Shown here: positions 11,288 through 23,778 of the stretch, piece after piece
How positions within the stretch are numbered: the first letter of the stretch is position 1
Layout of the letters: the number at the start of each line of letters is the position of its first letter
From: Lytechinus pictus
Taxonomy: Eukaryota
Length of the DNA stretch: 64,000 nucleotides
Assembly: GCF_037042905.1 (NCBI RefSeq)
Contig: NC_087250.1
Location: 27,220,001 to 27,284,000, forward strand
Direction: 5' to 3'
Notes under the pieces: generated by a model
Told to the model about the DNA's origin: nothing
What the model saw: the letters and a program-made list of their open reading frames with translations, nothing else
Database searches by the model: none
Translations under genes and position numbers: made by a program

Positions 11288-13320
11288 GTAGTAGGTTCCA
11301 TGCTAAAACACTCTGTAGATTACAATCCTTGATATCAGTATTAATGATATATGACCAGTATTGTCAAAGACATGGTCAGTTATTAAATGTTATTTTCATC
11401 TACAACGTTATTATCATTCTTATTATAGTTATGGTGACTTTGATTTTTCGTTATCATAATCAAAATTATTACCATAAATGGTGACAATTATAATAATAAT
11501 AATAAAGTAGGTGGCCCTAATGGTACTATTATTATGGTAATATTCACCATCAACGTTATCTAACATACACAATGATAAAACATTTAAGTTTCATGCAGAA
11601 AAGTCTATAGAAAGTACAAATAAAAAAGGCTTTGAAAATGCCTTGAAATTTCAAGGCTCAAAATCCTCAAGGCCTGAAAGTCCAAGGCCAAGGCATCGAA
11701 CAAGTTGGCCTTAAGGCGCTTGAAGGCCATGGTCGAGCATCAAGGCACTACAACAATGGTTCTTGATTACAAAAAATACTTTTAAACTTTCCAAATTTTA
11801 GGTCAGGATGTCAATTTTCAGCTTCGTTTTTTGCTCGCTTCAATAATGTTTAGATGTCTGTTTACCCATCCCAGTTTAAAAGTCGAAAAAAAAAAATCAC
11901 AGCTCTCTCTCTTCTCGCTCGTATCAGAAGGTTAGTAAGAAAGCTACTTTGCTAATATTTAAACAAAATGCTAAAAATTCCGAATTTAACAATCGGAAAA
12001 TTTTTTGATCATCGCGTCACGTAATCAAATGTCCAAGATTTAGTGTCGATCTTTGTATGTTGGTAATTCTCTTATTGATGCAAAGCCCAGTGTACGGAAC
12101 CTTGGTGTTCAATTTAATTCTGAAATGTCATTGGCTTCCCATGTGAATTTGACATGTAGAAATGTGTATTTTCAAATTCATAATATTAATAGTATTAGAA
12201 AATCCATGTCCACAAATGTAACTTTATCTGTTTTACATTCATACATTATTTCTCGTTTAGACTATGGCAATGCGCTGTTGTTCAACGCTAACAACGATCA
12301 GATCCGCAAGCTTCAAAGAGTGCAAAATGCCGCTGCCCGATTTCTTAGTAAAACTTCTGAAAGAACTTCACTGGTTGCCTGTGGTGGAGAGAATAAAATT
12401 CAAGATTTTGTTGCTTACATGGGACGATTATAAATGGTTGTGCTCCTCATTATCTTAACGATCTTATCTCTGAATATGTACCCTCTAGAAATTTAAGATC
12501 TTCAGGGACCGGGTTGTTGACAACTCGTAGAATCAAATGCTCATTTGGTGAAAAAGCTTTTGCTCATTGTGCTCCAACTTTGTGGAATGCACTCTCATCA
12601 ACAATACGCGATGCCAAATCTATAGAGTCATTCAAAGCCAACCTTAAAAAACATAGATCTATTCTCATCATATTTCAAATAACACCCCCTTCTGTTTAAT
12701 AATTCCCTCTTCGCCTCTGAATAGGAAACTAGATAGAAGGCGCACTCTAAATGCTATTAAAATAAAAATGTTCAGCTTGCGATTTGCGCTCGTATAGAAC
12801 GTGTAAATAGATAGCTATCGTCTTAAGGATTACAAAACTTAATTTCAAATGTTTAGTCTGAAAATGAAAATTTCAAGCTTATGCTTCGCCCTCGCATTAA
12901 TATTGTTTAAATAAATAATATCATGTTTTTGTTTGCAAAATTACTTATTGCTCACATTGATTGGTAGGATATGTATTCTTCTCATGTGTTACATGGAAAC
13001 ATTCATTAACAGGTAGCTTTTCAGATCATTATAGTAACATTTTCAACTCCCGCTCGCAATATCCTCTACATTAGCCACTGTAAAACTGTTATTATTAACT
13101 CCCTTTTTAGATTAGTGTATTGAAATTTTGGCTCGCGCTTCGCGCTCCCATAAATTATTTAGTTACATACCCATATTGTTAATGATAATTTAACAACTGC
13201 TCAGAATATATCACTATACATGAAATATAAAAAAAAAATAGCTCGCGCTTTGTGCTCGCGTTATTTCTTAATGCCTTATCCTGCTATCTTGTGTGGAACA
13301 CCAAATCTGAAATGAATTAA
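11288..13320 (+). repeat. Intronic segment duplicated at 62730-64000
   Basis: Colinear similarity from CCATGCTAAAACACTCTGTAGATTACAATC through CTATCTTGTGTGGAACACCAA. Confidence 0.9.
12001..12758 (+). mobile_element. 5'-truncated, decayed L2-type LINE (RT C-terminus plus 3' end)
   Basis: RNLGVQF, SRLDYGNALL, LQRVQNAAAR, LHWLPV..RIKFKILLL, FGEKAF...APTLWN across frameshifts. Absent from the paralogous site near 63440. Confidence 0.88.
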
Positions 13321-13765
13321 AACTTCAGTCTTTCGAGAGGAATACCCCTAAAAATTAGCTCTTGGCAGCTAATCGGAATAAAAATATATTTGTTTCTGCC
13401 GATCATTATTATTGTAAGATAATGTGTTCTTTCCCCGGATAACAAAAAATTATTATTACATACGCATATTGTTCATGAACAAAAAAAAACCAACTGCTCA
13501 GAATATCAAAGTTTATATCACTATACATGAAATATTAAAAAAAAAATAGCTCGCGCTTTGTGCTCGCGTTATTTCTTAATGCCTTATTCTACTATCTTGT
13601 GTGGACGCACAAACCTGAGATGTAGTTAAAACTTCGGTCTTTTGAGAGAAATACCCCTAAAAATTAGATCATGGCAGCTAATCGGAATAAAAATATATTT
13701 GTTTCTGCCGATCATTATTATTGTAAGATATGTGTTCTTTTCCCCGGATGACAAAAAATTATTAA
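13170..13765 (+). repeat. ~310-bp tandem duplication (2 copies)
   Basis: CAACTGCTCAGAATAT...TTCCCCGGAT..CAAAAAATTATTA occurs at ~13193-13455 and ~13491-13764. Confidence 0.85.
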
Positions 13766-15459
13766 GCTCTTGCTTTAGCTTTAGATTCCCATCATCCATT
13801 AGTGAGATAATTATATCCTCTCAACAATTTTTATGCCTCTTAAAAAGTGTTCAAAGGTTTCCACTTTTGGTCACTATAATAAAATTTTCACCTTGCGCTT
13901 TGGACTCGCATCAATCATAAAATTAAGATACACAAATTGTTCTTTATTTTAAAAACGTGCTTAAACTTTTCAATTTTCAGATGGGAATATGAAAATATCC
14001 CAGCTCGCACCCCAAGTTTGTATGGCTTAATTAATCATGCTTAAAAAATTCAATTTTCAGTATAGATAAAAAAAAAAAAAAATCAGCTCGCACTTGGCAC
14101 TCGCATCAATTTTTTTATTATAAAGGCATCTTATCTTGAATGATTATACGCGACCACAAAGCGTGAGCTGCATTTTTTTTTTATTCTAACCTGAAAAACG
14201 AAAATGATCTTTTTCATATTATTATAGAAAATTTCAGCTCGCAATTCGCGCTCACATTTTTTGTACTTATCCCTTGTAAGATACCTTACCGTGTTTTTGA
14301 GAATCTTCGGACGGTTTCTACAAAACATATTTATTTTGGTGCCCCCTACAAATGTTCAAGCAGCCCCCCCCCCCCCCTCCCAGCTGAATTAAGTCTCAGA
14401 TACGCCATTGCCTTCAAGATTACATTAATTCCAAGGGAGGTTATCAATAATATTTCTAACCTCCCGCTCACACAATTCTAGGCCTACTCTGATTAAAAAA
14501 TACATGAAATTGAAACCCCCAAATACTTAAAACACAAATTACTCGCGCTTTGCGCTCGCATTTATTCTTTTTGAAGAAAAAGTGACATTACATATATTAT
14601 ATATATGTGGATTTATTTCCTTCATGAAAATATGATTAAAAAATAGTGGTCTTCAAATGCCGTGTTTTATGTGACTAGGAAATAAAATAATTCAACACGC
14701 ATTTAAAGCACTTTTCTTGCTCGGCGGGGAGGGAGGAGGCGTATTTTTTTCTCTCTAAAATGGCACCAAAATCAGGTCAGGTTTCTGCCCCTCCCTACGA
14801 AATCCCAGATCTTATTATCATTATTCTATACATGAGGAATTTCGTATATCATTTTTTACAATGAAAAGAGCCTTTAGACTTTTTTCTCTTCGAACATTTA
14901 AATTTCGCTGTAACTTATGCTCACTGCATATACTAAATTTGTGCCCTAAACATACTAGACATCTTTTTGACGTTGTTTGTCGTTTTCTCTACGCACTATC
15001 ATAATTTATTTCCAAAATTCTTTGCAATTTGAGCACTGATCCACGTTTATCATGAGCTAAAAATAAAAACCATACCACCTAATATGTTTATACACTGCAC
15101 CTCTTCGTGTATTCGTGTTTAATAATACATTATACAAGGATCTCAATTCAACTAAAGGAAAAAAAAAGTATTAAATTAAGTGTTGTTTTATCGGTTCACA
15201 AAACAACGCAAGAAAAATTAAGATTAAATCTGAGAACACTTTCACTGTGAAGGTTTCTGAGAAAGCGAGAGAATGTTTAATATACCCTCGTAATTTTTTG
15301 ATCAAATGTTTCTTGAGTTCATTTTAACTTTTCTTGCGTTTTTTTTTTTTTTTTTTTTTTTAGGTAGGCTACTGTCCCTATTTTATCTTCGTCATGGCGT
15401 CTAAGTTCCCAAAAAAGAAGGGTGGATAGGACGAGCTTCGTACAAGGAAAGGTCATGAC

Positions 15460-17046
15460 ATGAAATGGTCATGTGACAAGCATGGTGAGCCAATGAAATT
15501 TTACTGTAAGAAACACAAAATTCCTATTTGTCATCCATGCGCTACCAAAGATCACAGTCAAAAACCATGTCAGCTAGACGACATCGAGGATGTCATCTTC
15601 GAAAGGAGGAGACAGCTAGATGAAAAACGGCCAAAAATACAGGAACTTCAGAAACAATTGGACGCCCTCAATGGGAAAATAAAGACTGTGTCAACGTCTG
15701 GAAGTACTCATCTTCGGAAAATTAACAACAACATTCAAGATTCATATCACGACAAGATCGAATCTGTTGGAGAAAAGGAGAACAGGATGATTAGGGTTAT
15801 TAACGAGGAGGCAGATGAGGAAATAAGACTCGTAAATGAGAAGAGAGAAAAACGGATCAAGGATTGCAACACCGAGAGAGAAAATGAGCGACAAATCATC
15901 AAAGACAAAAAAGCAAAACTTTTATCAGATGCAAAGAAAATCAGCGAAGTTGTTTCTAAGAAGATCAAAGATCTTGCTAATAAGAATCAGCATGTAATAA
16001 ACACTGTAAAGAACATTGAATCAACCATCAAACGTATAAACCAACATGATGAAACATTGGTGAATGAAGCTCCTCAAGTACTTGCATCTATTAATGAAAA
16101 TTTAAGTTTGAATGTTCATCAAGATGATAGCGACTGTCTTGACCGAATACAGAGTGAAGTTGATAGAGTGAAGTTTGTAGAGGGGGAAGTAGGTGGAGAA
16201 TACTATGGTAGAATTGATGGGTATATTGGTAAATGGGAACTTGTCAAGACAATTCACATTCCATCGGTTGTTAATAACCCGTATGTGCATGGTTTAGTCA
16301 GTGATGATGAGATATGTGTGCAAGACGTAGGTAACTATGACATGTATATTACAAACATCAAAACTCAACACACAGAGAAAGTCATTGATGGAGGTGTGCG
16401 ATCATGTGCGCCCATAGACAGTAACGTAATAGTATGTGGTAAGATGAGAGATGATTACACGGGTGACAGGTTGGATGGATGCATCACTCTCTATGACAGA
16501 CAATGGAAGGTGATTAGATACATCAGCATACCAAGGAATGGATACGATAGTCGTGTGTATGTTGATGTTGACAGGGATGGGATGATCATTGCTGCTCAGT
16601 TAGCTCAGTCTAATATCTACGTCATCAATCCTGCTGATGATAAGATAGTAAACACTATTACGATGCAGGGTAAGGTGGTGTGTGATGAGATACAAGCCTT
16701 GTCATCAGGTGATATCGTTGTGAAGACAGGTAATGATAAATACACTGTCATCTCACGATCAGGAAAAGAGAAGGCTGTCATACACTGTGATGAGTGGGAC
16801 TGGTCAGAGTGTTGCGTTGACAAACTGACAGACACACTCTACATCGCGTACAGGGATGAAGCGCGTAATACATACGCAGTTGATCAGGTGTCACGTGATG
16901 GTATCATCCAGGCAAGGAGGATCGTGGAATACGTGCAATCAGATCGCTCTCACTGGGTCAGCCCTTGTCTTGTTACTCCTTCTGGTAACCTCGTAGGATG
17001 TGATGGAGACAAACTTCTTATCTACAAGAACACATTAATCTTGTAA
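15460..17046 (+). CDS. RING-less TRIM-like protein: B-box zinc finger, coiled coil, C-terminal NHL-like beta-propeller (528 aa, single coding exon)
   Basis: CDKH...FYCKKHKIPICHPCATKDH..KPC fits a type-2 B-box. A long E/K/I-rich helical region follows. The C-terminus has repeated beta-blade motifs (VDVDRDGMII, IYVIN, IQALSSGDIVV, CLVTPSGNLV). Splice acceptor at 15363; several AATAAA downstream. Confidence 0.88.
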   Translation: MKWSCDKHGEPMKFYCKKHKIPICHPCATKDHSQKPCQLDDIEDVIFERRRQLDEKRPKIQELQKQLDALNGKIKTVSTSGSTHLRKINNNIQDSYHDKIESVGEKENRMIRVINEEADEEIRLVNEKREKRIKDCNTERENERQIIKDKKAKLLSDAKKISEVVSKKIKDLANKNQHVINTVKNIESTIKRINQHDETLVNEAPQVLASINENLSLNVHQDDSDCLDRIQSEVDRVKFVEGEVGGEYYGRIDGYIGKWELVKTIHIPSVVNNPYVHGLVSDDEICVQDVGNYDMYITNIKTQHTEKVIDGGVRSCAPIDSNVIVCGKMRDDYTGDRLDGCITLYDRQWKVIRYISIPRNGYDSRVYVDVDRDGMIIAAQLAQSNIYVINPADDKIVNTITMQGKVVCDEIQALSSGDIVVKTGNDKYTVISRSGKEKAVIHCDEWDWSECCVDKLTDTLYIAYRDEARNTYAVDQVSRDGIIQARRIVEYVQSDRSHWVSPCLVTPSGNLVGCDGDKLLIYKNTLIL

Positions 17047-18673
17047 ATAATCTAGACTATCAAAGGAATCATATCGGATTTGTAAGAGAAATATAGACCA
17101 GAGATTTGTTTTCACTTTTACTTCCATTTCAATTTACGTCCTTCTATCTCTATATGTACGTGACTACAGTCATATACACATGGCCATGGTGTGTATAATG
17201 TTGTATCAATCCATATCAAATAGAAAACTGTCGGTAATGTCCACTCCGTCTAGATTTAGGTCTGTAATAAATGCCCTCAGATCCAAATGAATAGTTTACT
17301 CGTAACCTGAACAAAATAAATGCAAAATGTGTTAACGAATTGCCTACTTGAACCAGATGGTTATTGTAGAAAGTATTTTAGAATGGCTGAATTCAGTATT
17401 GAACGTGTTAATAACTGATTTCTGTGAAGTGAACCCGATCATTTACCAAACAACATTTCGTTCAATTTCATTCGATGTTATTCTCCTAATAGTGATCGGG
17501 TTATTCCTTGATTAAAATTGCTCTCAATTTTAAGGTATTTGATTCGAATCAATTCATCAGGACCCCATTTCATTAAAAAAATGTTGGCTATGAAAACAAC
17601 TCTTGCTAAAATGTCAATGACCATGACAACAATAACGATTCTGCTTCCTGATTGGCTCATCCTGATTGGCTCATGGTTTCATGAAATGGTACCCTGGTTG
17701 ATTTCATTTTTTTTTATTCTGTGGTAAAAAAAAAAAAAGTGGGAAGGGGTCAAAACTGTATGAAATAGAAGTTTCGTAATGTACACAACCCCCCCCCCCT
17801 CATGAAGTTAGATTAAAATAAGATAAAATCTCGTAAATAATGGTGTTTAATAGGGTTCTTGTTTAGTCTACATTCATATGACAATATGAAGGGAAAGGGA
17901 TAATGTTTCCCGTATAATTCTTTTTTTCGCCAATTAAATATTCTCTAGTCATGTATAACAAAATAGGTGAGATTTTTCTCAAAAATATTTAATACACGGT
18001 ATATTCATCATATTCCTGAAAGTATTGCATCATATTACTTATTTCAATCAGTTCATTTTTCTTCGCTTGCACAACTTTTATTTTATCCTCATATCGCTTA
18101 ATATTTTCAACATAGATTACTGATTAATTGTATCCCTACACGAATAATATCATCTTACACATTGGCTACCTGACTTTCAAATCTTAAGTAACAATGATAT
18201 GGAAGTGAAACATTTTTTAAAAATAGATATTTGTGTCGACGTTCTGTAATGATGTGTTCGCATTACTACGTTCAGTTATGTTTATCAACATCATGAAATT
18301 ATGTCAAATTAATTTCATTATAAAGATCATATGTCAATAAAAAAAAAACACATGATAGGCTAGCGTACAATGCTGTAAATAAATAAAACAGGAATCTATT
18401 TTGTTTAACAGACAGGATTAGATAATTTGTCAAATATCTGCCCATAATGTAGCTTTTGTTCGTGGTTTCATGTTAATATAATATATAACTCGATTCAATC
18501 CATTTGTTTATTTCGTTTGCATTTTAAATTGTGTTTAGTGTGTAAACTGGAAGTCTATTCCAGAGGCATTGGCTAAAGTGAATATTCTTAAGATGAAAAT
18601 GGTTGTATTCTTCTGATCATAATTTATTTACATTGTAGTAATCCTTATACATGTGCCCCCTCTATCTCTCTCT

Positions 18674-19260
18674 TCAAGTTTACCCCGACAAAAAAATGAT
18701 TTGAATAAAAAGAGAAAAATCCAACAAGCATAACACTGAACATTTCATCAAAATCGGATGTAAAATAAGAAAGTTATGACATTTTAAAGTTTCGCTTAAT
18801 TTCACGTAACAGTTATATGCACATCCGGGTCGGTATGCAAATGAGGAGACTGGTGATGTCATCCACTCACTATTTCATTTGTATTTTATTATATGAGATA
18901 TGAAATATTCTAATTTTCTCCTAATAGTCAAGTGAAACAGTGATTAATTCCTCACTGAACATGTGGAATTAGCATTGTTAATACTATATGGTTCAGTCAA
19001 GTCTGTCCCTATGGTCAAATCTGTGAAAATGAAATATTGTATAATTCAAACAATAAAAAACAAAAGAAATAGTGAGTGATGGACATCATCAACTGACTCA
19101 CCTAGTTGTGCATATCACTTTTTTGTGAAAAATAAGCGAAACTTTAAAATGCCATAACTTTCTTGTTTTACATCTGGTTTTGATGACATTTTCAGTGTTA
19201 TGCTAGTTTGATTTTTCTCGACCTATTCAAATCAATATTTTGCTGGGGTGGACTTGACCT
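18674..19260. mobile_element. Kolobok-like MITE with long inverted repeats (left tip lost)
   Basis: Right end GGGGTGGACTTGACCT-TTAA, left end TCAAGTTTACCCC. Arms are inverted-complementary over more than 120 bp. Confidence 0.75.
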
Positions 19261-20469
19261 TTAACCCCCAAATTAGCCCTTTTACTGTATAATACGACAT
19301 GGGTATCTATGTTGCTGTAATAAGTTGTATATAAATCGTTATTGTTCAAGGTGTGTTGTTTTAAGGTAGGAGTATATCATTTTTCAAAAGAAAAAAAATC
19401 CATTCGAATTTATTCTTGCAATAATCAACTTTGTACAGGTTGAGTTTAGGTAGGGTTTATGCTTTATTTCAACTATCAATTCAATTGCTCGTTATTGTCT
19501 ATATAGTATAGGTTATTCAAAGTTTGTTCCTAAAACTGGAATGGGAGAGAGTGCTATATATCAACATTTTCTTCCGGCAATATGTCAGATCTAACGACTT
19601 TGCTTGATTTTGATTGCCTGAGAAGCACTGTTACTATGGGAGCTGTTGAATGAAACGCTTGACAATCCCATCTTTTTTTTATTTGCTCAATATTTGTTGC
19701 CTAATATATACAGCTCATTACAATTTGCTTAATAAAATTTGGGAAACTATTGTACATAACATGCATAATAAACATTATTATGATATAATGTATATCATGA
19801 TATCTATTATTTTCAAGTGTATATTGAAGGATGAGTAGGAAGTATACGTTTGCTTTTGATATAATATATTTTAATTATACTTTGTTGTGAATTACTAACA
19901 TTGTTGAATAGGAACAAAAGCCAATGCTTGTTGTTGTATAGACTTAAATCAAGACGAAATTAATCTTAAATACTTGAGAGCTGAAAATAGTCATGTGAAA
20001 ATAGTTAGGAAATATCTTTCTTTACTGTGGGTAAATGTATTTAGTACATTTCGAGAAAGGTTTGCCAATGCAATATATACATGATATAGTTGTATAAAAA
20101 TTACTGATCAAAACACCAATTACCAACCGATCGAACTATATCTTCACTAAGGGTTATCTACTACATTTCGAGAAAAGCTTACCAATGCACAATCAGTTGT
20201 ATGCACATTATTCATCTAAAAACCAAGTATCAACCGATCTGAATAAATGCTTAATATTTTTAAACTGATCGAAATCTTTGCATTTTTTTTTTGAGGTCAT
20301 TATCATGGTGATGGGGAGGGTGATTTTAATGCACAAACAATCATGTAATGTTATAATCAAATAATTTTGTCAGCATAAACGAAATTAAATGTAAAAAACC
20401 CGACTCTATATGCAGTTCATATTTGTGATTTACAAATGATTTTATTGGACATGTAGGACTGATGGTAAC

Positions 20470-20890
20470 AGACGAAGGGGGGGGGGGATGAGAAGATAAA
20501 GGGAAAAGAGAGGGGGTGGCAAAGTGGAGGGGAGTGAGAGATTAAAAAAAATGGAGAGACGAGGAAAGTAAAGATGGAAAAAAAGACATGATGACAAAAA
20601 TATATATATGAAAATATAAGGATAAAGAGACGGAAAGGAAAGGGATAGAAAAGATAAGAGAGAGGGGGGGGGGAACGATAGAAGAAGGGGAGAGAAAAGA
20701 ATGAAGAGACAGTGAGAATAAAGACTGAGAAAGAGCGAGAGAGAGAGAAGTGGAGGAGTGAGAAGGAGAAATGGAGAGACAAGGTGATTACAGATGGAAT
20801 AAGAGAGAGAGAGAGAAAGAGAGAAGAAGAAGAAGAACTACCGAGAGACAAGGAATGATAGAGAGAGATGGGGAAAGGGGACGGGGTGAA
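20470..20890. repeat. GA-rich low-complexity tract
   Basis: Polypurine composition. Confidence 0.85.
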
Positions 20891-21049
20891 TTTGTAATTA
20901 AGTTTGTATTGGTATTTTCCTTTCTTAGGAAACAAAAAAACATTACATTACAAAGTGAAATACATCACAAACCATGTCAATCATAAAAATTCATAACAAA
21001 ATTGAAGAAAGGTTGAATTTGAACTACGTAGATAGAACTGGCTTCATCG

Positions 21050-21463
21050 ATATTCGCTAAACATCTTGGATGCCATCTTGAAAATAACCACTTTCCCGGA
21101 TGCGGATTTTGGTAGATTTTTAGTATGTTATTCCTGAGGTCAAATAGTACACAATACCGTTGAAAAATCATTTGTTGCAATTTGTTCCGGGTCAAACCAT
21201 ATATTGACCCGTCTATAATGAAAATTTAAGTTTGAATGTTCATCAAGATGATAGCGACTGTCTTTTTGGGGATGAGACATTTTCAGCTCACCTCTTGAAT
21301 ATTCATCAGGACATCCATAGAACTGCCTAGTAATGCAAATCTTTAAAATTAAATAACTTCGTAATTTGTTACCCGATTTTGATCAAATTTTCAGAAGTTT
21401 GCTTTTTGAATTTTATTATTTTTATTGAGATATAAACATCTCCAGCCTGGACCATCCCTTTAA
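21050..21463. mobile_element. Two DNA-transposon end fragments (one ending GACCCGTCTA at 21215; a Kolobok-like one ending GGACCATCCCTTTAA) joined by a TRIM-exon-derived piece
   Basis: Terminal motifs only; no partner TIRs found. Confidence 0.45.
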
Positions 21464-23747
21464 ACATGACCATTATGTTACTTCAGTGTATGCAAAGAAC
21501 TACACCACTGTCATGACTGTCATATTAAATTTATGTTCAATGCTTCACCAAAGTAATATATCAAAATATAATAACACACTAAAAGAAATACATTTAACTA
21601 TAAAATTATACAGAATACAGAAGGTTATGACAATGTCAATTAATAAAAGAGAAACATGTAAAATAACCTGCATAAAAAGCTGAGCTTGTAATATCTGAAG
21701 GTTCCTAAATATAGTTTGGATGCTTTCCTGTTTTCATGGTACTTCCTCAAGGGGGAAGGGGGCTTCAAGTATATCTAACAAAATATTATATATACATAGA
21801 CATACTGAGCAACTCACCTGGCTTATGAAATCACCCAATGAAAGTGATTTTCTACTTCATTAAAAGCCCCTGTATTTTTGGCCTCCATAAATTGGCAATG
21901 ATCTGAAGTCGGCTATCATCTATTGGGGGAAAAGAAATAGAAGATAGTCATCATTCATGATGACAAAATGTCCTTAGGCCTAAAATGTCTCGATCCTGGG
22001 TCAAATAAATAATAAAATATCAGCTCGCGCTTCGCGCTCGCATTATTTATATAGTGCTATCAAATTTCCCTATATACACAGTGCTGTAAACAATGCTTAA
22101 ATTGACCCTTTTAATATCGGAATTTCAAATATTATTTTCAGCTCGGGCTCTGCGCTTGCATTATTGATTTTTATGATGAAAATGAAATGTATTCAGATTG
22201 CCAGGATTCTGTCTAACTCTAAAACACGCGCGCGCATGTTTTTGAGATACAAAGCTTGATCTTATTCAAAACGTGCTAAAATTATCCAGTTTGGAATCAG
22301 AATATCAAAAATTTTCTGCTCGCGCTTTGCACTCGCATTATTATTGTAGGAAGATACCAAAAATTACCCATCCTTTTTCATGATTCACAAACATGAATCG
22401 AATGTCCCATTGGGGGATTTGAAATCTAATCTTTTTAGGTTGTAATATAAAAAATGTTCAGCTCGCGCTTTGCGCTTGCATTATTTAATCGTTGAAATAT
22501 GTATCGTCTTAATGGCTAACTGCAAAATATCCTTAACAGGACCCTATTTGACCAGGCCAGAACGAATATTTAACATTTCTGCTCGCGCTCGTGGTAATTA
22601 TCTAGTTACATACGCGTCCTGTTCAGGTTCACAAACATTGCCCAAAATGTTCAATTTTCAGGACAAAATACATGAAATTTCATTTTTAGATTACATAGGG
22701 CTTAAGAGATTATTACACATTAATGTTGCTTATAAAGTAAAGCTAGGAAATGACTGTTAGGACATGGGCGTTTTGCCCCCCCCCAAAAAAAAAAAAAAAT
22801 ATATAAATAAATAAATAAATAAAATAAAAGACAGAATCAAAACTAAGAAAAAATAGAGAGAAAAGAAAAGGAATTAGGATGAATTATAATATTATTTTCC
22901 AATATTATGTCAAAATCTACCACAACCTTGTATTTTTGTGATAAAAATTTCAGCATATTTGCTTGCTCGCTTCGCTCACTGGCAACTTCTTATTAATTTT
23001 ATGCGATACACCATATCGAGCCCCCTCGAAATTGTTGGCTCATTACGGCACTGGGACAACCCCTTCAAAGAAAAAAAAATATGATTTGAAAATATGGGTG
23101 AAAAAATTGCCCCTCAACCTATTGGCGGAAGCTGGGTCCGCCCCTGACTTAGGCTTTCAGGATATAATACATGAAAAATCTATTTAAAAAAAAAAGGAAA
23201 AAAAAGATCGAGCTTCGCGTTCTCATTATTTATTTAGGCCTTGTGAGATACCTCAATTTGTTTTTAAGAATGAAATCTCAGATTTTCTTTGACGTCTACC
23301 CCCCCCCATTTCATTTATTTTTTTTTACTTGGTGCCCTCGCCACCCCCCCCCCCCCGTGCACCCATGCTGAATTAATACGCCACTGATGAGGAGAATTAG
23401 TCGATTGCTTCGAGATTGCATTATTCCCAAGAGGTTATCATTAATATTATTGAAGGGTATTCTAACACAACAGTACAGAAACCACAGCTCCCGTTTTACA
23501 CAATATTCTAATAGGGCCTACTCTGGTTAGAAGTTAAACCAAATTGAACCCCCCTCCCCCCCCCCCAATCGCTCGTGCTTCGCGCTCCCATTGATATTAC
23601 ATTATATATTCCTGGATTTTCTTTTCAAGAACACATGAAAAAGTGGTCTTTGTTTTTTTTAATGTGATTATAAGATAATTCAAAATCCATTTAAGGCACT
23701 TAAGTTAGCCTGATCGGGAGGGAGTGGGCGCCATTTTTCGAAAAGTT

Positions 23748-23778
<31 letters not shown>

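Noticed and set aside
23384..23425. Hammerhead-like CTGATGA-GGAG...CTTC-GAGA
   Set aside because: GAAA box is GAGA, stem I is absent and stem III is poor; the CTG overlaps a transposon terminus.
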